DNA of 64,000 nt from an uncultured Bacteroidota bacterium (lineage in GTDB: Bacteria > Bacteroidota > Bacteroidia > Bacteroidales > GWA2-32-17): positions 5,027 to 69,026 of the forward strand of contig CAIQJL010000387.1 of NCBI GenBank assembly GCA_903872185.1. Direction: 5' to 3'. The stretch's first letter is position 1; each line of letters begins with the position of its first letter. Below, piece by piece: positions 54,380 to 64,000 of the stretch. The position numbers and the translations under genes were made by a program. The notes beneath the pieces are model-generated. The model made no database searches. It was not told where the DNA came from and saw only the letters and a list, made by a program, of their open reading frames with translations.

Positions 54380-55003
54380 CTATGAAAGCCATTTAGTTAA
54401 AACTTGGTCTATTTTAAGTTTTGCATTATTTAAATTTTCATCTATAGTCTCAGCATTTCCAATTGAAGCACTAATAACTTCTATTTCATCAAAGCCCATA
54501 AAAGAAAATTCTATTTTCGATAAAAATGTATAACTATCCCATTCCGGATAATTTGCAGTTACTTTTTCTGTAGAATATGATCCAGCGCTGGTATATAAAG
54601 TAAGTGCTTTTTTTCCTTTAAACATACCAAAAGGTCCTGTTGCTCCATAATCAAATGCAATTCCTTTTTGAATTATGTTATCAAACCACGTTTTAACAAT
54701 TCCAGGCATTCCAAAATTATGCATTGGTGACACCAAAATAACAATATCTGCATTATTTACTTTTTCGGTGAAATCATCCATAACTTTCAACGATTTCTCT
54801 TGTTCTGAGTTTAATGGAATACCTTGATAATTTCGTTGGTAATATGCCATCAAACTTTCGTTATTAAAAAAAGTTGGTTGCGTAATTTCTAAATCAATCT
54901 CTGTTACATTTTTATTATTAAGATGTTTCACTATATGATCATATAGTTTTTTGGTTTTAGAAATTTCCTTTCCAGGAAGATATTTTACAATTAGAGTTTT
55001 CAT
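54380..55003 (-). CDS. azoR: FMN-dependent NADH-azoreductase / flavodoxin-like NAD(P)H:quinone oxidoreductase
   Basis: 207 aa. Motifs: ADIVILVSPMHNFGMPGIVKTWFDNI and FKGKKALTLYTSAG. The overall layout is AzoR-like. Confidence 0.8.
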   Translation of the reverse strand: MKTLIVKYLPGKEISKTKKLYDHIVKHLNNKNVTEIDLEITQPTFFNNESLMAYYQRNYQGIPLNSEQEKSLKVMDDFTEKVNNADIVILVSPMHNFGMPGIVKTWFDNIIQKGIAFDYGATGPFGMFKGKKALTLYTSAGSYSTEKVTANYPEWDSYTFLSKIEFSFMGFDEIEVISASIGNAETIDENLNNAKLKIDQVLTKWLS

Positions 55004-55088
55004 GTTTATATTTTTTTACAAACATAACTCTATTTAGATTGATTACAAATAGCGTTAACTATTTTTAACCTTAACTATAATTATATTT

Positions 55089-56012
55089 TTATTTTAGAGT
55101 ATTGTTATAGCTATGAGGAACATAATTCTCATAACTCATACACACAGAAATTGCACATTTTATTGCAGTATTAACAATCTGAAGCCAAACATTTTTATCT
55201 AGTATTTTAATATCCAGCTTTGATATATTATTTATAATTAAGCCATAAATTATTCCTGCAGAAAAACTATCTCCTGCACCTATTGTACTTATTGGATTTA
55301 TATCAGGTACAGAAACTTGAAACGAAAATTCAGGATGAAAAAACCAAACGCTTTTCTCAGCCGAAGTAAGAATTAGAATACTACCGCCACGTTCCACAAA
55401 TTTGCTATAAACTTCTTGTGGTGACTTTTCATTAAAAATATAATAGAAATCTTCGCTAGAACCTTTAACTATATCAGCATATTTAAAATTTGCAAAAATA
55501 TATGGTCTCACTTGTTCAAGCATTGAAAGATGTGATTTCCTAAAATTTGGATCATAAACAATGCAATTTCCAGCAATTGATGCTTTGTTCAAAAACTCTG
55601 TTAAACCGTCTCTAATTTCAGGTTTAATACCATAATAAGAACCAAATAATATGATGTCACTCTCAACTGGAATAGGATAATTAAGATTCAAATTTTCCTC
55701 TGATTGCATTTTATAGAAAAGGTAATCTGCATCATTACTAGTATTTAAAAATGCTAATGCAAGTCTTGAACGACCTGTATTATACCATTTAATACTATCT
55801 ACATTTACATTATTGCCTACCAGAAAATTTTCAATTAATTTACCTACTGAATCGTTAACACAATCTGCAATTAAAGTTGTTTCAATATTTAATCGTGATA
55901 ATGAAACTAATGAATTTAAAATAGCACCACCAGGTTTACCATCAACCGGAATACCTCTTTTAAAAATTATATCAAAAACAACCTCTCCTATTCCGTAAAC
56001 AACTCTAGACAT
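55089..56012 (-). CDS. PfkB-family carbohydrate kinase (fructokinase-like)
   Basis: The ORF track starts at 56069; ATG 56012 gives MSRVVYGIGEVVFDIIF. Motifs: GKPGGAILN and STIGAGDSFSAGIIYGL. Confidence 0.85.
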   Translation of the reverse strand: MSRVVYGIGEVVFDIIFKRGIPVDGKPGGAILNSLVSLSRLNIETTLIADCVNDSVGKLIENFLVGNNVNVDSIKWYNTGRSRLALAFLNTSNDADYLFYKMQSEENLNLNYPIPVESDIILFGSYYGIKPEIRDGLTEFLNKASIAGNCIVYDPNFRKSHLSMLEQVRPYIFANFKYADIVKGSSEDFYYIFNEKSPQEVYSKFVERGGSILILTSAEKSVWFFHPEFSFQVSVPDINPISTIGAGDSFSAGIIYGLIINNISKLDIKILDKNVWLQIVNTAIKCAISVCMSYENYVPHSYNNTLK

Positions 56013-56037
56013 ATTATATTTGTTGAAAATATTTGTT

Positions 56038-56676
56038 ATGAAGAAACCCGAACTCTCAAATTTACGCAAAAATTATAATTCAGGAGAATTAAACGAAAGT
56101 AATTTAACTAATGATCCTTTTAAACTGTTCGAAATATGGTTTAATGAGGCATTATTAAATGATAAACAGGAAGCAAATGCAATGGTTTTATCTACTGTTA
56201 GCGAAAACCAATCACCATCTTCACGATTTGTATTACTAAAAGATTATTCTGAAAAAGGATTTGTATTCTTTACAAATTATAACAGCAAAAAAGGTAAAGA
56301 AATTGAAGGAAACAAATATGTTGCATTATTATTTTTTTGGCCATCACTAGAAAGGCAAGTAAGGATAGAAGGAACCATAAAAAAAACATCAGCTAAAGTA
56401 TCTGACGAATATTTTTATTCAAGGCCAGTTGAAAGCCAAGCAAGCGCAATTATTTCAAAACAAAGCACAGTAATAAATAATTATAATAACCTTGTAATAA
56501 AAAAGCAACAAATACTAAACAGTAATTTTTTAAAACGTCCAAGAAATTGGGGTGGATATATTGTTACACCAATTTTATTTGAGTTCTGGCAAGGAAGAAT
56601 AAACAGATTGCACGATAGAATTCAATATAAAGTTAAAAAAAGTAAATGCTGGAAACCAGAAAGACTAAGTCCTTAA
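56038..56676 (+). CDS. pdxH: Pyridoxamine 5'-phosphate oxidase
   Basis: The ORF track starts at 56020; ATG 56038 gives MKKPELSNLRKNY. Motifs: DPFKLFEIWF, PSSRFVLLKDY..GFVFFTNYNSKKG, RQVRIEG and FEFWQGRINRLHDR. Confidence 0.95.
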   Translation: MKKPELSNLRKNYNSGELNESNLTNDPFKLFEIWFNEALLNDKQEANAMVLSTVSENQSPSSRFVLLKDYSEKGFVFFTNYNSKKGKEIEGNKYVALLFFWPSLERQVRIEGTIKKTSAKVSDEYFYSRPVESQASAIISKQSTVINNYNNLVIKKQQILNSNFLKRPRNWGGYIVTPILFEFWQGRINRLHDRIQYKVKKSKCWKPERLSP

Positions 56677-56677
56677 T

Positions 56678-57973
56678 TTACAAAACAGGAATTAGTTCCT
56701 CTAAATGAATTCCATGAGATCCTTTTACAAGTATTTGTTTATTAAGAAAAGGATTATTTTTCAAATAATCTTTAAATAAGCTAACACTTTCAAATGATTT
56801 AAAATTTGTATTCTCTGAAGTTTTAGCAAATGTTTTCCCTATTAAAAAAACTTCTTTAATCTCAGACTGAACTATTAACTGAAGAATATTTTTATGTTCG
56901 TTTTCAGTGTTTTTTCCCAGTTCAAGCATATCTCCAATTACAAGTACTTTATTGTCGCCCAACATTTCAAAAAAACTCTCCAAGGCTGCTACCATACTAG
57001 TAGGGTTTGCATTATACGCATCGATTAGGATAGTATTATTCTCTGATTTTATAATTTGAGAACGATTATTAGTTGGGTTATAATTATGTATTGCTTTAGT
57101 AATTTTATTTTCTTCAACCTCAAAATAATTTCCAATACAAATTGCAGCAAGAACATTTTCGAAATTATAATTTCCAACTAAGTTGGTTTGCACAGTATTC
57201 CAAGTGTTACTATTATACATTTTCCATTCTAATTTCAAAAAAGGGTTTGAACTTGGATTCTTTCCACTCAAATAACAATCTTCATTTGCACCATAACTTA
57301 TATATTCATTATTATCAATATGCGATAATAAAATTTCATTATTTGTATTAATAAATATTTTCCCTTTATTCTTTTTAATAAAGCGATACATTTCTGTTTT
57401 CGTGTTAATAACACCGTAAAGAGAACCAAAACCTTCTAAATGTGCTTTACCTATATTAGTTATTATACCATAATTAGGTAAAGCTATTTCGCATAATGTT
57501 TTTATTTCGCCAGGATGATTTGCACCCATTTCTATAACTGCTATTTGAGTTTCTGAATTAATCTCTAATAAAGTAAGTGGAACTCCAATATGATTATTTA
57601 AATTTCCTTTTGTAAACGTTACATTATATTTTTCTTGTAATACAAATGAAATTAATTCTTTTGTTGTTGTCTTACCATTTGTTCCTGTTATAGAAACAAC
57701 CGGAATATTAAATTTTTCTCTGTGAAATTTTGCTAAATTCTGTAATGCTAAAAATGTGTTAGCTACAAAAAATATTTTCTTATTATCAGCAAACTCAATA
57801 TTATCAACTAATGCATATTTACTACCATTTGTAATTGCATCCTTAGAAAACTTATTTCCATCAAAATTATCACCCTTTAAAGCAATAAAAAGTGAATCCT
57901 TTTTAATATTTCTAGTATCAGTACAAACTGAACTACATTCAATAAATAATTTATAAATTTCTTCTATTTTCAT
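56678..57973 (-). CDS. murF: UDP-N-acetylmuramoyl-tripeptide--D-alanyl-D-alanine ligase (MurF)
   Basis: The ORF track starts at 58015, but its first 14 codons translate the gldJ terminator hairpin. ATG 57973 gives MKIEEIYKLF..CTDTRNIKKDSLFIALKG. Motifs: ITGTNGKTTTKE, EMGANHPGEI and DAYNANPTSM. Confidence 0.95.
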   Translation of the reverse strand: MKIEEIYKLFIECSSVCTDTRNIKKDSLFIALKGDNFDGNKFSKDAITNGSKYALVDNIEFADNKKIFFVANTFLALQNLAKFHREKFNIPVVSITGTNGKTTTKELISFVLQEKYNVTFTKGNLNNHIGVPLTLLEINSETQIAVIEMGANHPGEIKTLCEIALPNYGIITNIGKAHLEGFGSLYGVINTKTEMYRFIKKNKGKIFINTNNEILLSHIDNNEYISYGANEDCYLSGKNPSSNPFLKLEWKMYNSNTWNTVQTNLVGNYNFENVLAAICIGNYFEVEENKITKAIHNYNPTNNRSQIIKSENNTILIDAYNANPTSMVAALESFFEMLGDNKVLVIGDMLELGKNTENEHKNILQLIVQSEIKEVFLIGKTFAKTSENTNFKSFESVSLFKDYLKNNPFLNKQILVKGSHGIHLEELIPVL

Positions 57974-57980
57974 AACTATT

Positions 57981-58012
57981 AAAAATAAAAAAACCCCATA
58001 AAATGGGGTTTT
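57981..58012 (-). terminator. Rho-independent terminator after gldJ
   Basis: On the minus strand the sequence is aaaaccccat-ttt-atggggtttttttatttttaa. The stem is ccccat/atgggg, extended by A:T pairs, and a long T-run follows. Confidence 0.8.
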
Positions 58013-58030
58013 CATATATTGAAATTTTGT

Positions 58031-59584
58031 TTATTGTCCCATACTTTGTGAACCACCAACTCTATGCATTGCACAACGAAAACCTAAATCTGGACGAGCT
58101 TGTGACTGGTCTAAATAACGACGAGTTCCTGGTGACATCCAATATGCACGATCTCTCCAACCACCACCTTTAAATACTCTTTGTCTGTTATCAATCATTG
58201 TTTGCATACCCACACCACCTCTATATGTTGGTTTTCCATTTTCTCCAACTTGAGGTTTACCTGAATTATACATTCTTTTTGAATTGGTATTATCTTTATT
58301 CTCCTTACTAGCTTCATCCATATTTTTATAATCTAGACTTGACTCAAAATCACCATCTAAATAATTAATATTATCAGCTGTATTATAATTACGACGATTA
58401 AAAGCTTCATCATCAGAAACATTACGATAACGAATTGCACCTAAGCTATCTTTCTCTGCAATATTTCCTTCATCATCACGCTCCTGAGTTTTATAAATAT
58501 TACCACGGAAAGGACGGAAATCATCATTATCTTCAAAAGTTAAAGGACGAAAAACATCCATAACCCATTCGTTTACGTTACCAGCCATACAGTATAATCC
58601 ATAATCATTTGGCCAATATTCCTTAACATTACTAGTAATATCACTATGATCATTAAGTGCACCAGCCATACCCATATAATCTCCACGACCTCTCATTGTA
58701 TTAGCTCTAATTTGACCAATATCTTTTGTATCAAAACCTGAGCGGTCATCAACACGAATGTAGTGACCATTCCAAGGATAAATTTTTTCGCTAAAAATAC
58801 GTTCGTCAGCTAACATATTACCAACTAAACCTAAAGAAGCAAATTCCCATTCTGCCTCTGTAGGAAGGCGATATTTTGGAAGGAAAATTCCATCTTCCAT
58901 ACGAACTTTTCTATATTCGTTATTTGGATCATAATCTGGCATTTGATCTCTTACTGCTCCTTCATATTGACCAGCTAAATAAGACTCTGTATTAAAATTT
59001 TCTTCACCTGATTGTCCGGTAGGATCCATATAAAGTAAACCTTCACGAACCATAATAAGTTCATTTACTCTATCGGTTCTCCAAGCACAATAATCACTTG
59101 CTTGTAACCAATTAACTCCTACAACTGGATAATCCTGATAAGCTGGATGTCTAAAATATAATTCTACGTATGGTTCATTAAATGCTAACTTACTTCTCCA
59201 TACTAATGTATCTGGCAAAGCCATTTTATAAACCTCAGGATAATCAATAAAAACACGACGTAACCAAAATAAATATTCACGATAATTTACATTAGTAACC
59301 TCAGTTTCATCCATATAAAATGACGATACAGTTACACGTTTAGGAAAAGCACTCCAATCATAAAGCACATCTTGCTCAACACGACCCATAGAGAAAGTAC
59401 CTCCTTCAATTAGAACTAAACCAGGACCAGTTTCTTGTTCTTCATAAAAAACGTATTCAAAACCTCCGGTTTTTTCGTCGTTATAATCCCAGCCTGTATT
59501 TGATGATCTCTTTACATCGCAAGATGAAAAGAATGATACTGAGGCTGCAAACAACAATACGATTAGAAAAAATTTGGTATTCAT
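58031..59584 (-). CDS. gldJ: Gliding motility / T9SS lipoprotein GldJ (FGE-sulfatase fold, GldK paralogue)
   Basis: 517 aa. Lipobox: ..SFFSSC. Motifs: NTGWDYNDEKTGGF, EQETGPGLVLIEGGTFSMG, SFYMDETEVTNVNYREY, ALPDTLVWR, HPAYQDYPVVGVNW and FRCA. It is followed by murF, as I recall for Flavobacterium, and not by gldLMN. Confidence 0.88.
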   Translation of the reverse strand: MNTKFFLIVLLFAASVSFFSSCDVKRSSNTGWDYNDEKTGGFEYVFYEEQETGPGLVLIEGGTFSMGRVEQDVLYDWSAFPKRVTVSSFYMDETEVTNVNYREYLFWLRRVFIDYPEVYKMALPDTLVWRSKLAFNEPYVELYFRHPAYQDYPVVGVNWLQASDYCAWRTDRVNELIMVREGLLYMDPTGQSGEENFNTESYLAGQYEGAVRDQMPDYDPNNEYRKVRMEDGIFLPKYRLPTEAEWEFASLGLVGNMLADERIFSEKIYPWNGHYIRVDDRSGFDTKDIGQIRANTMRGRGDYMGMAGALNDHSDITSNVKEYWPNDYGLYCMAGNVNEWVMDVFRPLTFEDNDDFRPFRGNIYKTQERDDEGNIAEKDSLGAIRYRNVSDDEAFNRRNYNTADNINYLDGDFESSLDYKNMDEASKENKDNTNSKRMYNSGKPQVGENGKPTYRGGVGMQTMIDNRQRVFKGGGWRDRAYWMSPGTRRYLDQSQARPDLGFRCAMHRVGGSQSMGQ

Positions 59585-59663
59585 ATTTTGAACCTATTTA
59601 ATATATTCCTATTTAAAAACTCACAAAATTAATGAAATATTGTACTAAACACAAATTTAATAA

Positions 59664-60650
59664 TTAAAAAGAAGGACAAACCATTGATCTAAACTTAGGC
59701 TTCTTCTGTTTACAAGGGAAAATAAAGGTAAATGAAACCTCGTGAGCTCCTAAAGTTTGATTCTTAAGTTGAGAAACTGTTAAATCATAACTATAAGCAA
59801 ATTTGACTTTTTCCTTTACGTAACCTAACAACATAATAAAAGAATCATAATGGAAAGTAAGATTTTGGCGGAACCAAATACCTCCTACAATACCTTTACG
59901 ACTTAAATATAACCCCCAATTCATTTGTTGGAAATCTTTTTGTTGTTGAAACAATACATTTGGTGATAACATAAGATCACCTTTTCTTAATCCAACACCT
60001 TTAATTGGAATATTTGTTCCAAAGTGAATAGTATATTTTCTAGGAAGAACAGCATCATCGTTTCCTCTGAAAGATTCGGTTGGTTGAGTTAAATGGTGAA
60101 CTGCGATTCCAAAAAAGTAATTTTTTGTAGATAAAACTCCACCAGTAGAAAAATCAAAATGTCTTTTTACTTCACTTGTGGGTACCAAAACTTCAGATGT
60201 TGGATAAATTGGTCCATAAAGTGGGTGAATCATATCAGGGAAAATAAAATCCCAATTAAGTTTCTTTTGAATAAATGAAGCCTGAAAAGCCCAATTTATA
60301 TTAGCTCTACGGTTTAAAACAAATGTATATGCATAAATTCCACTTACATTAAGCGTAGACATAGCGCCATCACCCTGTTGATCAGAGTATATGTAACCGC
60401 CCAAAGAACCTTCAAGTGCCCTAACCTGTTGGTCATACGAAGCAATGTAGGTTACATAGGTAGAGCCTAATGCTGGCCACTGGTTTCGATAATTTAAAGT
60501 AGCTCTTGGACATTTAACAGATCCTGTAAGTGCTGGGTTTAGATATAATGGTGAGGCGTAAAACTGAGAAAATTGAGGATCTTGAGCATAAACAAATTCA
60601 CAACATCCTGATAACAGGACAATTAAAATAATAGTGTATTTTTTTATCAT
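59664..60650 (-). CDS. PorP/SprF-family type IX secretion outer-membrane protein
   Basis: The ORF track starts at 60677; ATG 60650 gives MIKKYTIILIVLLSG..VYAQ. This is followed by DPQFSQFYASPLYLNPALTG, the hallmark N-terminus of the PorP/SprF family (TIGR03519, from memory). The rest is beta-barrel-like and ends in Phe. Confidence 0.88.
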   Translation of the reverse strand: MIKKYTIILIVLLSGCCEFVYAQDPQFSQFYASPLYLNPALTGSVKCPRATLNYRNQWPALGSTYVTYIASYDQQVRALEGSLGGYIYSDQQGDGAMSTLNVSGIYAYTFVLNRRANINWAFQASFIQKKLNWDFIFPDMIHPLYGPIYPTSEVLVPTSEVKRHFDFSTGGVLSTKNYFFGIAVHHLTQPTESFRGNDDAVLPRKYTIHFGTNIPIKGVGLRKGDLMLSPNVLFQQQKDFQQMNWGLYLSRKGIVGGIWFRQNLTFHYDSFIMLLGYVKEKVKFAYSYDLTVSQLKNQTLGAHEVSFTFIFPCKQKKPKFRSMVCPSF

Positions 60651-60791
60651 CTCAATGGACTTTACTACAAGTTGCAATTATACAAATAATTTTATTATTC
60701 TCACAATTCTTAACATTACTTTTTCTTTTTTAACGACTACAATAATAATATAAAATACTCGTTTTTAAAAAATCTTGAGAAAAATTGTTAG

Positions 60792-60799
60792 TATTTTTG
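60792..60799 (+). promoter_or_regulatory. Putative -7 box for porU
   Basis: TATTTTTG lies 28 nt upstream of ATG 60828. Confidence 0.35.
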
Positions 60800-60827
60800 A
60801 CGTCACATATTTTAGATTGCGAACATA

Positions 60828-63800
60828 ATGAAACAATTACAATTTATAGCCATTTTTATCATTTTTATATTTTTTACTAAAAATACTTTTGGACAAATTT
60901 TAGAAAGAAATATTTATTGGTTAACAAACAGAACTGAAAGAATAAACGAAAACAATTTTGAATTGTTGTTTTTTTCAAATGCCGTTTATGAAAATCTCTC
61001 AAACGGATTACCCTACTATCACGAACAATTTAAAATGTTAGCATCAAATAACAATAGTAATATTGAGATTATTTCTACAAATTTCGAGACAATTCCTGCT
61101 TCACAACTAAAAAACATATTAAATTTAGATAGCATTCCCTTTGAAATAAATTTTAAAACTTTTATTTCCTATAGAAAGAAAAAACCAACTTTAGAATTAA
61201 CTTTTATTCCACTTAGACGAAATAAAAATAATGGAACAATTGAAAAATTAGTATCATTTACTTTTAAAATTACCGAATCATTTAATCAAAATAAAATATT
61301 AAAAAGCAGAACTTATGCTGCAAATTCGGTTTTAAATTCAGGTAAATGGCAAAAAATAAAAATCACACAAAATGGAATTTATAGATTAACATATGCTCAA
61401 ATTGTTGCACTTGGATTTCAAAACCCAGCAAATGTTAAAATTTACGGGAATGGTGGCGAAGCTCTTTCTGTTCAAAATAGTGTTTTTAGAAATGATGACT
61501 TAGTTGAAAATCCAATAAAGTTTGAAAATGGAATTGATGGAATATTTAATAATGGTGACTATATTCTTTTTTATGCTCATGGTCCAGTTTACTGGAAGTA
61601 TGACAATGTTAGAAGCATATATTTTCATTATCTTCATCCTTATTCTGATGAATCTTATTATTTTATTACAGATGAAGGTAGTGCTTCAAAACAAATTGAA
61701 ACATTACCTACAGAAACAACTACTTCAAATATTACAGTAAAATCATTTGATGATTACCTATACCACGAAATAGAATCGGTAAACTTTATTAAAAGTGGAA
61801 AATTATGGGTAGGTGAAAGTTTTAATATTGTTCTTTCACACGATTTCAGCTTTAATTTTCCACAAATTAAACCAAACGAACAAGTTAAAATTGCTTCAAT
61901 GGTGTATGGAAGATCAAGCATTGGTAGTTCTTTTACATTTAATGTTAACGGAACAAATTTAGGCAATGCAAATATTCCAGCAACCTCGCTTACCAGTGTT
62001 AGTAGTAACTACGCATGTCCCGAGTTATTCACAAAATCATTTGCTTCGAGCAGCACAAATTTTAATGTAAGTATAACATATAATAAACCAGCACAAGATG
62101 GCGAAGGTTGGCTTGATTACATTGACATGAATGTTAGAAAAAATTTAAATATGCTAGGTGGCCAATTACATTTTAGAGATATGGCTTCTGTAGCACCAGT
62201 AAATTATGCTGATTTTCAGATTTCAAATGCAAATTCAAATACAATCGTATGGGATGTTACCAATCCGATATCACCATATATTGTTCCAACAACACTAAAT
62301 GGGAACATACTATCTTTTACTGCAAAATCAGACACATTACACGAATATATAGCTTTTGATGGAACAATTTTTTATTCGCCAGCATCAGTTGGTGAAGTTG
62401 CAAATCAAAATTTACATGGATTACCTGCAACCGATATGGTTATTGTTTCTCATCCTGATTTTATATCATATGCAAACACATTAGCAGAATTTCACAGAAC
62501 TAATGATAATCTTTCTGTTTTAGTAACTACTCCTGAAATTATTTACAACGAATTTTCTTCCGGATCACCTGATGTTACTGCAATAAAAGACCTAATGAAA
62601 ATGTTTTATGATAGAGCAGGAACTGATACTTCATTAATGCCAAAATATTTATTATTTTATGGTGACGGTTCTTATGATAACAGACATAATTTTTCTACAA
62701 ACACAAATTTTATTTTAACATTTGAATCTAGCTCTTCGCTATCACCAACAAACTCTTTTTGCACAGATGATTATTTTGGTATGCTCGAAGATTCTGAAGG
62801 AGACTACATAGGAGGTTTAGACATTGGAGTAGGCAGGCTTCCAGTAAAAAACACTACAGAAGCCCAGGGATTGCTAAATAAAATAATTAATTATTACAAA
62901 CCTTCAACCAATGGAGATTGGAAAAACTGGTTAACATTTATTGCCGATGATGAAGACAGTAACGAACACATGACTCAATCAAATTCTTTATGTACATTAG
63001 TTGATACTGTTTATTCTTCGTTTAATATTGAAAAAATATTTTTAGATGCTTTCCCTCAAATTACCACTCCAAATGGAGATCGCTATCCTGATGTAAACAT
63101 AGCCATTTCTAACAGAATGAAAAAAGGAACTTTAATGATGAATTATACTGGACATGGAAATGAAGTAGGACTTGCTCACGAGCATATCATTGGCGTTTCT
63201 GATGTTAATTCATGGTCTAATTTTGAAAAACTTCCACTATTTATAACAGCAACTTGCGAATTCAGTAGATATGATGATTATGCAAGAACTGCAGCTGGCG
63301 AAATGGTAATATTAAATCCTTCGGGAGGAGCAATTTCAATGTTTACAACAACAAGATTAGTTTACAGTAATTCAAATTTTGCAATAAACACTGCTTTTAT
63401 AAGCAGAATTTTCAAGAAAGACAATAATGGATTTTATATGAAGCTAGGCGATATTTATAGATTAGCAAAAAATGCAACATCATCATCTTCAGATATTAAT
63501 AAAAGAAATTTTTCATTACTGGGCGATCCTGCAATTACATTAGCATACCCAAAATATATTGTTGTAACAGATAGTATAAACGGAATATCGGCTTCAAACT
63601 TTACTGATACAATTAAGGCTTTAGATAAAATCACAGTTAAAGGACATATACAATATCAGGACGGAACAATTGTTAGCAACTACAATGGAACTGTATATCC
63701 AACCATTTTCGACAAACCTATAACAATGTCTACACTAGCAAATGATGGAGGTTCGAAATTCTACTTTAAACTTCAAAACAATATTTTGTACAAAGGAAAA

Positions 63801-64000
63801 GCATCAGTAAATAATTCATACTTCGAATTTTCATGTGTTATTCCTAAAGATATTCAATATAACATTGGAAATGGAAAAATAAGCTATTATGCTGATAACA
63901 ATACCATTTTTGATGCACAAGGCTTTACACGTATAAATATTGGAGGAAATTCTTCAGGTAGCATTTCTGATAATGTTGGCCCACAAGTTCAGCTATTTAT
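60828..64000 (+). CDS. porU: Type IX secretion system sortase PorU (C25 gingipain-like peptidase); 3' end runs off the window
   Basis: Absent from the ORF track (no stop in the window). ATG 60828 gives MKQLQFIAIFIIFIFFTKNTFGQ, and I verified the frame as open at 61500 and 63180. Motifs: SGKWQKIKITQNGIYRLTY, MVIVSHPDF, LLFYGDGSYDNR, GVGRLPV, MNYTGHGNE (His) and LFITATCEFSRYDD (Cys). Confidence 0.88.
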   Translation, partial: MKQLQFIAIFIIFIFFTKNTFGQILERNIYWLTNRTERINENNFELLFFSNAVYENLSNGLPYYHEQFKMLASNNNSNIEIISTNFETIPASQLKNILNLDSIPFEINFKTFISYRKKKPTLELTFIPLRRNKNNGTIEKLVSFTFKITESFNQNKILKSRTYAANSVLNSGKWQKIKITQNGIYRLTYAQIVALGFQNPANVKIYGNGGEALSVQNSVFRNDDLVENPIKFENGIDGIFNNGDYILFYAHGPVYWKYDNVRSIYFHYLHPYSDESYYFITDEGSASKQIETLPTETTTSNITVKSFDDYLYHEIESVNFIKSGKLWVGESFNIVLSHDFSFNFPQIKPNEQVKIASMVYGRSSIGSSFTFNVNGTNLGNANIPATSLTSVSSNYACPELFTKSFASSSTNFNVSITYNKPAQDGEGWLDYIDMNVRKNLNMLGGQLHFRDMASVAPVNYADFQISNANSNTIVWDVTNPISPYIVPTTLNGNILSFTAKSDTLHEYIAFDGTIFYSPASVGEVANQNLHGLPATDMVIVSHPDFISYANTLAEFHRTNDNLSVLVTTPEIIYNEFSSGSPDVTAIKDLMKMFYDRAGTDTSLMPKYLLFYGDGSYDNRHNFSTNTNFILTFESSSSLSPTNSFCTDDYFGMLEDSEGDYIGGLDIGVGRLPVKNTTEAQGLLNKIINYYKPSTNGDWKNWLTFIADDEDSNEHMTQSNSLCTLVDTVYSSFNIEKIFLDAFPQITTPNGDRYPDVNIAISNRMKKGTLMMNYTGHGNEVGLAHEHIIGVSDVNSWSNFEKLPLFITATCEFSRYDDYARTAAGEMVILNPSGGAISMFTTTRLVYSNSNFAINTAFISRIFKKDNNGFYMKLGDIYRLAKNATSSSSDINKRNFSLLGDPAITLAYPKYIVVTDSINGISASNFTDTIKALDKITVKGHIQYQDGTIVSNYNGTVYPTIFDKPITMSTLANDGGSKFYFKLQNNILYKGKASVNNSYFEFSCVIPKDIQYNIGNGKISYYADNNTIFDAQGFTRINIGGNSSGSISDNVGPQVQLF

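Noticed and set aside
54345-54533. 62-aa plus-strand ORF (MSELFNNIIKLS...).
   Set aside because: It starts inside the right arm of the rnr/azoR bidirectional terminator and runs antisense through the 3' end of azoR. It has no motif and looks like a low-complexity translation.
56674-56680. The convergent pdxH and murF stop codons are separated by a single nucleotide with no terminator between them.
   Set aside because: This is a real observation, but compact convergent ends also occur elsewhere in this window (31376/31379, 42129/42133, 26114/26119). It looks like general genome compaction rather than a special feature.
57974-58015. ORF-track start of murF at 58015 (MKTPFYGVFLFLIV...).
   Set aside because: These 14 codons are simply the translation of the gldJ terminator hairpin and its T-run (aaaaccccat-ttt-atgggg-ttttttt). 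Recognisable MurF sequence begins at MKIEEIYKLF (ATG 57973).
1-64000. Scan for CRISPR arrays, tRNA/rRNA/tmRNA genes, transposases, integrases, phage genes, and toxin-antitoxin or known defence-system genes.
   Set aside because: No regularly spaced direct repeats, no GC-rich cloverleaf-sized islands in the intergenic gaps (all under 400 bp), and no recombinase or transposase motifs in any ORF. The YwqK-family MORN protein carries a signal peptide and has no toxin partner, so I do not call it a TA system.

Overview
This is a visibly AT-rich (about 30% GC by eye, not computed) chromosomal segment from a Bacteroidota organism. The phylum call rests on type IX secretion and gliding genes (gldJ, a PorP/SprF-like gene, porU), type-B T9SS C-terminal domains, TAnnTTTG -7 boxes close to start codons, and the absence of Shine-Dalgarno sites. 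I call 44 protein-coding genes, two of them truncated by the window edges and therefore missing from the ORF track. I found no rRNA, tRNA, CRISPR array, transposase or integrase. The left 14 kb is the accessory part. It holds a tightly packed minus-strand array: a small secreted protein followed by four giant secreted proteins. The three complete giants share a roughly 420-aa C-terminal stalk and type-B T9SS anchor cassette that is recognisable even at DNA level. Their N-terminal heads differ completely: LTD plus CotH kinase-like, and two diverged Cys-rich heads. The truncated fourth giant carries an SBBP beta-propeller head; its C-terminus lies outside the window. A TMTC-like (DUF1736) GT-C glycosyltransferase with TPR repeats is transcribed divergently from this array. 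The remaining 50 kb is mostly housekeeping (dnaB, lptD-like, folE, mqnB/mqnD, mntH, rnr, rlmI, lhgO, pdxH, murF). It contains several unusual architectures: (1) a secreted WD40 protein with a caspase-like domain whose His/Cys dyad is replaced; (2) adjacent MlaD and amidase proteins that both end in SPOR-like domains; (3) an ABC-2 permease fused to an M1 gluzincin domain with a degenerate GXMEN motif; (4) a TolB-like propeller fused to an outer-membrane barrel; (5) a His-per-helix four-TM protein coupled to YceI; and (6) a PorP/SprF-like gene directly upstream of gldJ and divergent from porU. GC-rich palindromic intergenic repeats bracket rlmI. All function calls come from reading motifs by eye, and no searches were run.
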